A DNA stretch of 60,601 nucleotides from a virus (Duplodnaviria; Caudoviricetes). This document shows, in pieces, positions 55,412 through 60,601 of this stretch. The position numbers and the translations under genes were made by a program. Positions within the stretch are counted from its first letter, which is position 1. Every line of letters begins with the position of its first letter. Below the pieces are notes generated by a model. It was not told the DNA's origin. It made no database searches and saw nothing but the letters and a program-made list of their open reading frames with translations. The stretch is from positions 1 to 60,601 of the IMG/VR virus record IMGVR_UViG_3300032327_000128, one strand, 5' to 3'.

Positions 55412-55846
55412 CTATGTTTGTACCGTTACTGTACCTACTTCACCTGTACCTAATAGCGTATTTGGGAGATCAGGCAAAGCTAAAGCGTTATTTAGCCCTA
55501 CTGGTGCCCAGCCCCACTGGATAATTCGGCTACCATCTGAGGGTGTACCGAACGCTAATTGGTTACTCGACGGCACTTCACCACGGACCAATACCTTAAG
55601 ACCAGTCATACCTGCTTGCCAGTAACTGACATCAGGGCGTGGATTGCGCAGTGCCTGTGGGTCATCAACCGGATACATACCGATTTGAAGCTGCGGCTGG
55701 TCAGGCTCCCAGCAAGTAGGGCACACAAGGATATTGGTGCTCTTGGTCTTGATGGTTAGCTTACGAAGCTGTTTTAGTTTGTATCGAAAACCACAGCGGT
55801 CACACTCTGCAATGGCCTTCTTACCAGAGGCAAACGGATTGGGCAT
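55412..55846 (-). CDS. Zn-finger structural-module protein
   Basis: CDRCG...CPTC; DPQALRNPRPD. Confidence 0.7.
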   Translation of the reverse strand: MPNPFASGKKAIAECDRCGFRYKLKQLRKLTIKTKSTNILVCPTCWEPDQPQLQIGMYPVDDPQALRNPRPDVSYWQAGMTGLKVLVRGEVPSSNQLAFGTPSDGSRIIQWGWAPVGLNNALALPDLPNTLLGTGEVGTVTVQT

Positions 55847-55854
55847 CGTACCTC

Positions 55855-56571
55855 CTAGATAAACATCTGGCGCGGAGCGATCCGCAGAGGAGCCTTTTCA
55901 CGGTCCTCGTCAGCCGCCTGTTCCCAAGCCTCGTCGTACATCTGCTTCAGCAGCCCCGTACGCTCCATAGCGCCGGGAAGTTTGAGAGACAGATAATACG
56001 CAAGTCCAGCCACCATACACGGCAGGAAGCGGAACGGGATATCCTGTGTGTTTACGCCGTTACCCGCGTCCTGCATACGGCGCAGGCGGTAATAGAAGAA
56101 GACGTAGTAGTTGCTCTGCTCTGGGGCAGGCCACACATTGATCTGAGGGTTCTTTACCCCAGTAACCGGATAGGTCGCACCTGACTGACGGTTGATCCAC
56201 ACTTGGATAGGACGCCCTTGGGCATTCTTGTTTGGGATCGTGATGTACGTGTCGGCGCTGATACGGTTGATGTTGATGTCAAGCTGGTTCGAAGTTGTAC
56301 CGGCGTTAGTACGGATAACGTGCTCTAACAGATCAATCGTGTCCACTGGTAGGTCGTATGTAATCTGACCCTGCACCAAAGGGATCGAGCCTTGCTCGAT
56401 GGTCCACAGGTTAATACCACGGTTTGCCCACTCAATAGTAAGTAAGTTCAAACTACGGCGAGCCGTCTTAAGGTCGTAACCAGTACGAAGCTCAGCACCG
56501 CAGCGCTCAAAAGCCTCTTCAACAAGCTCATTGAGGTTCAAGTTAAATGTGCTGGTGCCAGTCGTGGTCAT
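55855..56571 (-). CDS. Putative head-tail connector/tail tubular protein
   Basis: EEAFERCG, ARRSLNLL..EWANRG, GLAYYL, EDRE. Confidence 0.7.
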   Translation of the reverse strand: MTTTGTSTFNLNLNELVEEAFERCGAELRTGYDLKTARRSLNLLTIEWANRGINLWTIEQGSIPLVQGQITYDLPVDTIDLLEHVIRTNAGTTSNQLDININRISADTYITIPNKNAQGRPIQVWINRQSGATYPVTGVKNPQINVWPAPEQSNYYVFFYYRLRRMQDAGNGVNTQDIPFRFLPCMVAGLAYYLSLKLPGAMERTGLLKQMYDEAWEQAADEDREKAPLRIAPRQMFI

Positions 56572-56963
56572 CGGTACTTAGCTGCCTTTTTTGCTATAGC
56601 CTTTGGCTGCTTAACGAACTGCTTGCCCGCTTTTGTGCCTTCGCGCTTAGCCTTGCTTGTAGCAGAGTATTCCTGAGAACTCAAAGCCTCACGTGCTTTC
56701 TTAGGTAAGTAGCGCTCGCCAGTAGCTTTCTTACCCTGTGTAGACGGCTTGCCTGACTTGGTTCCCCAGTCCTCATTGGTCCATTTGGACAGGGATTTCT
56801 GCGCTTCCGTCTTTGGGCCGCTGTAGCTGCCGCCAGACTTCTTATACCGCTGGGTCGCAAGCTGAGCTTTGCGTGCAGACCATTGACCTGCGTTCCCACC
56901 CTTGGTGCCAGCTTTTACACTGGCAACAATGCGCTTCCACTTAGGTTCGTCCGACCGAGCCAC
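56568..56963 (-). CDS. Lys-rich protein (DUF5872-like)
   Basis: GQWSARKAQ...WT.EDW.TKSG...ERYLP. Confidence 0.7.
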   Translation of the reverse strand: MARSDEPKWKRIVASVKAGTKGGNAGQWSARKAQLATQRYKKSGGSYSGPKTEAQKSLSKWTNEDWGTKSGKPSTQGKKATGERYLPKKAREALSSQEYSATSKAKREGTKAGKQFVKQPKAIAKKAAKYR

Positions 56964-57527
56964 TTACCTGTTACCAAAATCCATACGGTTCATATTACGC
57001 ATGGCTTGCATACGTGGGGCTTCTTGACCCATTTGCATCGTCGTTGGAGCCTGTGGCATACCACCTAGTCTTTGCTGGTAATTTTGTACTGGTGGGGCGG
57101 AAGGCTGCATCCCACCACCCATAGGTTGACCCTGCTGCATCATTGGGTTTTGCATTGGGCTTTGCATTGGGTTTTGCTGCGCCTGCATCGCTTGCTGGTA
57201 GTTTTGCATAGGTGGTTGAGCCATTGGGTTTGACTGCATTGGGTTCTGCTGAGGCATACCGCCCATCTGCGGCTGCTGCATTGCATTTTGCTGTGCCTGC
57301 AAAAACTGCTGATATTGCGCTATCGGAGGGGCAGAAGGCTGCATACCGCCGCCCATAGGCTGACCTAACTGAAGCGAACCAAGACCACTCTGCGGGGGCA
57401 TACCACCCATAGGCTTCTGCATCTGCTGGTTATACATGTTTTGCATACCTTGCATCTGACCCATGGGCTTGTTCTGCATTGGTTGTTGAGATTGACCTAA
57501 AAAGCCACCGAAGTTTGGCATATTCAT
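56964..57527 (-). CDS. Gln/Met/Pro-rich low-complexity protein
   Basis: 187 aa, GGAGG-like RBS, coupled to neighbours; repeated GQPMGGGMQPSAPP. Confidence 0.6.
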   Translation of the reverse strand: MNMPNFGGFLGQSQQPMQNKPMGQMQGMQNMYNQQMQKPMGGMPPQSGLGSLQLGQPMGGGMQPSAPPIAQYQQFLQAQQNAMQQPQMGGMPQQNPMQSNPMAQPPMQNYQQAMQAQQNPMQSPMQNPMMQQGQPMGGGMQPSAPPVQNYQQRLGGMPQAPTTMQMGQEAPRMQAMRNMNRMDFGNR

Positions 57528-57528
57528 C

Positions 57529-57786
57529 TTACTTACCTCTCTTAAAGCCTTTTAGCATTTGCGCGAACCGGGCACGTTGGCCGAGCTTGCCGGGAGCCTT
57601 AGCGGCTTTAGCGAGTTTCTTTGCCGGAATTGGTTTACCCTTCTTAGCACCAAGGGCCGAGCGCAGCGCACCCGGCTTCTTGATAGCTTTCGAAATATCC
57701 AGCTTACCACCGGTAGCCATACCGATAGCTTCGCCCTTAGGCATTTTGGACTTTCTCATAGCCCCCATACCACGACATGGTCGCAT
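57529..57786 (-). CDS. Small Lys-rich protein
   Basis: RGMGA; AIKKPGALR..LG...IP...RARFA. Confidence 0.7.
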   Translation of the reverse strand: MRPCRGMGAMRKSKMPKGEAIGMATGGKLDISKAIKKPGALRSALGAKKGKPIPAKKLAKAAKAPGKLGQRARFAQMLKGFKRGK

Positions 57787-59048
57787 TAGCAGGTTTTCCC
57801 GCCTTTTTTGTAGCCGGTCATACCGCCCATTGCCATCATCTTACCCTTGGTCTTGCCACGAACAGCGCAGCCGTCGATGGAGCCACCCTTGGCAAACTTT
57901 GGCATCGCACGACCCTTGGTGTCAGCCGATTTCTTCATCATAGCAGCGCCGAACTTGGTTGCCGCAAATGGCTTACCCTTAGCTTTTGCTGCTGGCTTCA
58001 TCTTAGCTTTTCCACCCTTAGCCATACCCAAGCTACCCATTTGATTAGACGAAGGCATTTCCTTAGTAACGCCACCCTTGGCAAAACGCTTTTCTGAACG
58101 GTTTCCACGTCCGATAGCCGCAGCATTTTCTGGCGTGACTTTTTCCTTCTTTACGGATTCACGGAACTTAGCGTCTGCTTTCCGTTCAGCAGCGGTAGGT
58201 TGTGGAGGTGTCGAACCACCTTTAGCCATTTTCTTCATAGTCTTTTCCTTGTTAATTTTACCACCCTTGGCTTTACCTTCTGCTCTCTCTTTTATCTGCT
58301 GTTTGTAGTAGGCCCTCATGTCCGCGTCGTTCGTAAGTCTAAGGCCTTTGAAGGGATTAGAAATGCTGCCGCGTGATATCATGCCAGCAATAGAGTTAGG
58401 GTTTAGCGGCCCCTTTGTAGACGGCCCCTGTACTTTAGTAGCAACCGTAGTCGAAGCAGCCTTAACCGGAGTCGAAGCAGCCTTAACCGGAGTCGAAGCG
58501 GCCTTAACCGGAGTCGAAGCGGCCTTAACCGGAGTCGAAGCGGCCTTAACCGGAGTCGAAGCAGCCGTGCTTGCGCTGTTATTTGTGCGCTTACGGCCTT
58601 CACCGGCAATGTTCGTGGTGAAGCTCTTACCGTTGTAAGTGAAAGTCTTACCTGCACCTAGGCGCGAACGGGCGTCCTTGAACGCAGCAGCGAAACTCTG
58701 TGGTTTAGCTTTTTCTGCTACAGGCGTAGCTGCCGCTGCAGGCGTAGATGTTTTAGCAGGCTCCGCTGCGGCTGCGGGTTTATCCGCGCCAAACTTACGG
58801 GTTCTACTTAAATTCTTTTCCGCATCGAACTCCGCTTTGCGAGTAGCTGTGCGGTCACCACCAGTGCGCTTGGCACGGTCGTCTTCTGCGTCAGCTTTGC
58901 GCTGCATACGCTTAGCTTCAAGTACTTCGAGTGCCCTGCCGCTTTTACCTGCGGAGTCCTTCTTGAAGTCTTTTTCGATATCCGCCATGCGCCGGTTATA
59001 CTTACCTAGAGCGCCACCATCGGAAAACTTACGCATTTTACGTGCCAT
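57786..59048 (-). CDS. Histone H1-like Lys/Ala-rich protein with AASTPVK repeats
   Basis: 420 aa; eight xxxGG motifs; SFAAAFKDAR...TFTYNGKSFTT. Confidence 0.7.
   Translation of the reverse strand: MARKMRKFSDGGALGKYNRRMADIEKDFKKDSAGKSGRALEVLEAKRMQRKADAEDDRAKRTGGDRTATRKAEFDAEKNLSRTRKFGADKPAAAAEPAKTSTPAAAATPVAEKAKPQSFAAAFKDARSRLGAGKTFTYNGKSFTTNIAGEGRKRTNNSASTAASTPVKAASTPVKAASTPVKAASTPVKAASTPVKAASTTVATKVQGPSTKGPLNPNSIAGMISRGSISNPFKGLRLTNDADMRAYYKQQIKERAEGKAKGGKINKEKTMKKMAKGGSTPPQPTAAERKADAKFRESVKKEKVTPENAAAIGRGNRSEKRFAKGGVTKEMPSSNQMGSLGMAKGGKAKMKPAAKAKGKPFAATKFGAAMMKKSADTKGRAMPKFAKGGSIDGCAVRGKTKGKMMAMGGMTGYKKGGKTC
58449..58565. repeat. 21-bp coding tandem repeat (~5.6 copies)
   Basis: AGTCGAAGC(A/G)GCCTTAACCGG units encode AASTPVK on the minus strand. 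Confidence 0.95.
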
Positions 59049-59051
59049 ATC

Positions 59052-59225
59052 TTATTCCTTACCTAACCATCTTTGCACGGTCCTTGTCTCGTATATACGA
59101 ATTACCGTCCATATAATAGTAAACAACGCGGCAACTGCCGGAAGTACCGAAACGATTGTACCGACAACCGTGAAGATTGAAGCCGCATCTATAGCGTACT
59201 TAAAAGTTTCATGCCCGGGTGACAT
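59052..59225 (-). CDS. Small holin-like membrane protein
   Basis: MSPGHE...LPAVAALFTIIWTVIRIYET. Confidence 0.6.
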   Translation of the reverse strand: MSPGHETFKYAIDAASIFTVVGTIVSVLPAVAALFTIIWTVIRIYETRTVQRWLGKE

Positions 59226-59227
59226 CT

Positions 59228-59488
59228 TTAACAATCCCATTTCCGAAGTGACAGAGCTTTGCGAGTAGGGCGACCCTTCTCGTCCTTCATTGGACCCGGC
59301 ATACCACTCATCCGTGCGCAAAAGCTTTTACGGCGAGCGGCAGACTTAGGTGACTTCTTCGCCTGCTTGGCTGAGACTGGAGGTTTAAGGTTCATCCCTT
59401 GCGACTTCGCAGACGCACGACCCTTGGCGTTCAAGCCGCCCTTCGGGTTCTTACCTTCCTTACGGGTCCAAGCAGGTGTCTTGGCCAT
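59228..59488 (-). CDS. Small basic protein (DUF6321-like)
   Basis: KNPKGGLNAKGR...RRKSFCARM...SLRKWDC. Confidence 0.7.
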   Translation of the reverse strand: MAKTPAWTRKEGKNPKGGLNAKGRASAKSQGMNLKPPVSAKQAKKSPKSAARRKSFCARMSGMPGPMKDEKGRPTRKALSLRKWDC

Positions 59489-59901
59489 TAGACAAAACGT
59501 CCTTTGGTTTTACCCTTGGTAGCGCAGCCATCGGCACGACGTGAAGCGGAACCGCCAGAGGCCATCTTCTTAACAGCCATCGGCTTTTTCTTAGCGGCCA
59601 TAGGCTTTTTCTTGGCCATACCACCGCGTTTGAACTGCTTGGTGTTCTCACCACGGTCTGCGAGTGTGGTACCACGACCGCCCATAGCTGGTTCGCCAGC
59701 AGTTGGGGCAGGCATATTCGCACTTGCTTGTGACGCCATGTTCGCCATCATTTTTGGTGGCACCATACCTGAGGAGCGCCCTTGCAACTGCGCTATCTTA
59801 TCGGAGCCTAGAAGCTTACCGAGGAAGCCTTTACCCCGTGGGGCAGCAGCGCGGGCCTCTTGCTTGAGGCGGGCTTTTTCCATAATTGTACGCAAACTCA
59901 T
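59488..59901 (-). CDS. Basic protein with xxGG motifs
   Basis: FKRGG, MASGG, RADGCATKGKTKG. Confidence 0.65.
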   Translation of the reverse strand: MSLRTIMEKARLKQEARAAAPRGKGFLGKLLGSDKIAQLQGRSSGMVPPKMMANMASQASANMPAPTAGEPAMGGRGTTLADRGENTKQFKRGGMAKKKPMAAKKKPMAVKKMASGGSASRRADGCATKGKTKGRFV

Positions 59902-60601
59902 TATGCTACTTCCTTCTGTGATGGGACAAGCATCGGATAGAGGACGTCCCTGCCAAATTCACCTTCATACTCTTGCACGCCCATGTGGCCCAGCTTGATG
60001 GTCGGATCGACCCAGACTTCAAAGCCTTGCTCACGAGCGCGGTCACAGAAGAGGTAATCCTCCCCGATGTAGCCTTCGTCAGTTTTCATGAAATCAAACA
60101 TGCAGGGGACGGTGCGCTCTGAGCGTTCGTCGTAATAGCGCCACTCAGGATGAGCAGCGTCAAGGGTCTCGAATACATCGCGGCGGACCATCATAAAGGC
60201 AGTAGCTACGCGCTTGGCACGGACAAGGCCCATACCGTTCATCGTAAGCTCACCGTCTTCGTCTTTATCCAACGTGCCGATGTATGTCTTAGTAGTGCTA
60301 CGCGTACGTGGTACGCCAGCAACAATACCCTTCTTGGGGTCTGAGGTCCAAGCCATAAGGCGGAAAACGTCAGCCGCTTCAAAATTGATATCGCTATCAA
60401 TGAACATCAAGTCCGTGCAGTCAGAGTCCAGCATATCCTGCGCGAGCAGGTTGCGAGCACGGGAGACAACAGAACAGCCGCAAATGCTGCCAATCTGAAT
60501 ATCAACCCCGTGCTGCTGGGCTTGCTGAGCGAACTGAGCCAATGAAATAGCCAACTTCAAAGAGACTTTGAAGTCGTAGGCCGGAAGCGCAATAAATACG
60601 C
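59901..60601 (-). CDS. Glycosyltransferase-like protein (GT-A fold), 3' part; start at 160 across the junction
   Basis: SRARN, FIDSDI (DxD), GEDYLFC, LGH. Confidence 0.8.
   Translation of the reverse strand, partial: VFIALPAYDFKVSLKLAISLAQFAQQAQQHGVDIQIGSICGCSVVSRARNLLAQDMLDSDCTDLMFIDSDINFEAADVFRLMAWTSDPKKGIVAGVPRTRSTTKTYIGTLDKDEDGELTMNGMGLVRAKRVATAFMMVRRDVFETLDAAHPEWRYYDERSERTVPCMFDFMKTDEGYIGEDYLFCDRAREQGFEVWVDPTIKLGHMGVQEYEGEFGRDVLYPMLVPSQKEVA
60479..60601. repeat. Terminal direct repeat (123 bp), copy 2
   Basis: Identical to 1-123. Confidence 0.95.

Noticed and set aside
58449-58565. 21-bp repeats as a CRISPR array
   Set aside because: The units are contiguous with no spacers and encode in-frame AASTPVK
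60479-60601. 123-bp end repeat as a biological terminal repeat
   Set aside because: It falls in the middle of a gene and looks like a circular assembly overlap; other signals point to a physical end near 10-11 kb
1-60601. Stop-codon reassignment, tRNA genes, introns or inteins
   Set aside because: Core genes are full length and tightly packed in the standard code; no cloverleaf or splice signature was recognised by eye (a tRNAscan-SE run would confirm)

Overview
The window is an apparently complete, circularly assembled tailed dsDNA phage genome (Caudoviricetes, podovirus-like architecture) of about 60,478 bp. Bases 1-123 are identical to 60479-60601, and one glycosyltransferase gene runs across the junction. 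The minus-strand late arm (33.7-60.6 kb, continuing into 1-10.2 kb) encodes an HNH nuclease, terminase, portal, GroES, scaffold, a Mu-gpT-like capsid followed by a structured RNA, many basic xxGG-motif proteins, tail/adaptor proteins, a GH19 lysis cassette and ejection proteins including a 2503-aa polyvalent protein. The plus-strand arm has an early region (10.6-20.7 kb: small genes, AAA ATPase, metallopeptidase-VWA, DUF3150-like) and a replication module (VRR-NUC, PolA, methyltransferase, glycosyltransferase, exonuclease, SNF2 helicase, SSB, primase-helicase). I saw no integrase, tRNA or CRISPR array. The most unusual signal is in the early region. It carries 17 quasi-regularly spaced copies of a palindrome CTAAC-N3-GTTAG, both inside and between genes, and ends at a small ribbon-helix-helix gene. 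It lies within a ~13-kb stretch in which I found no GATC, and it also holds repeat-flanked mini-gene cassettes and an iteron-like GTAAG array. All protein calls come from motif recognition by eye, not database searches.
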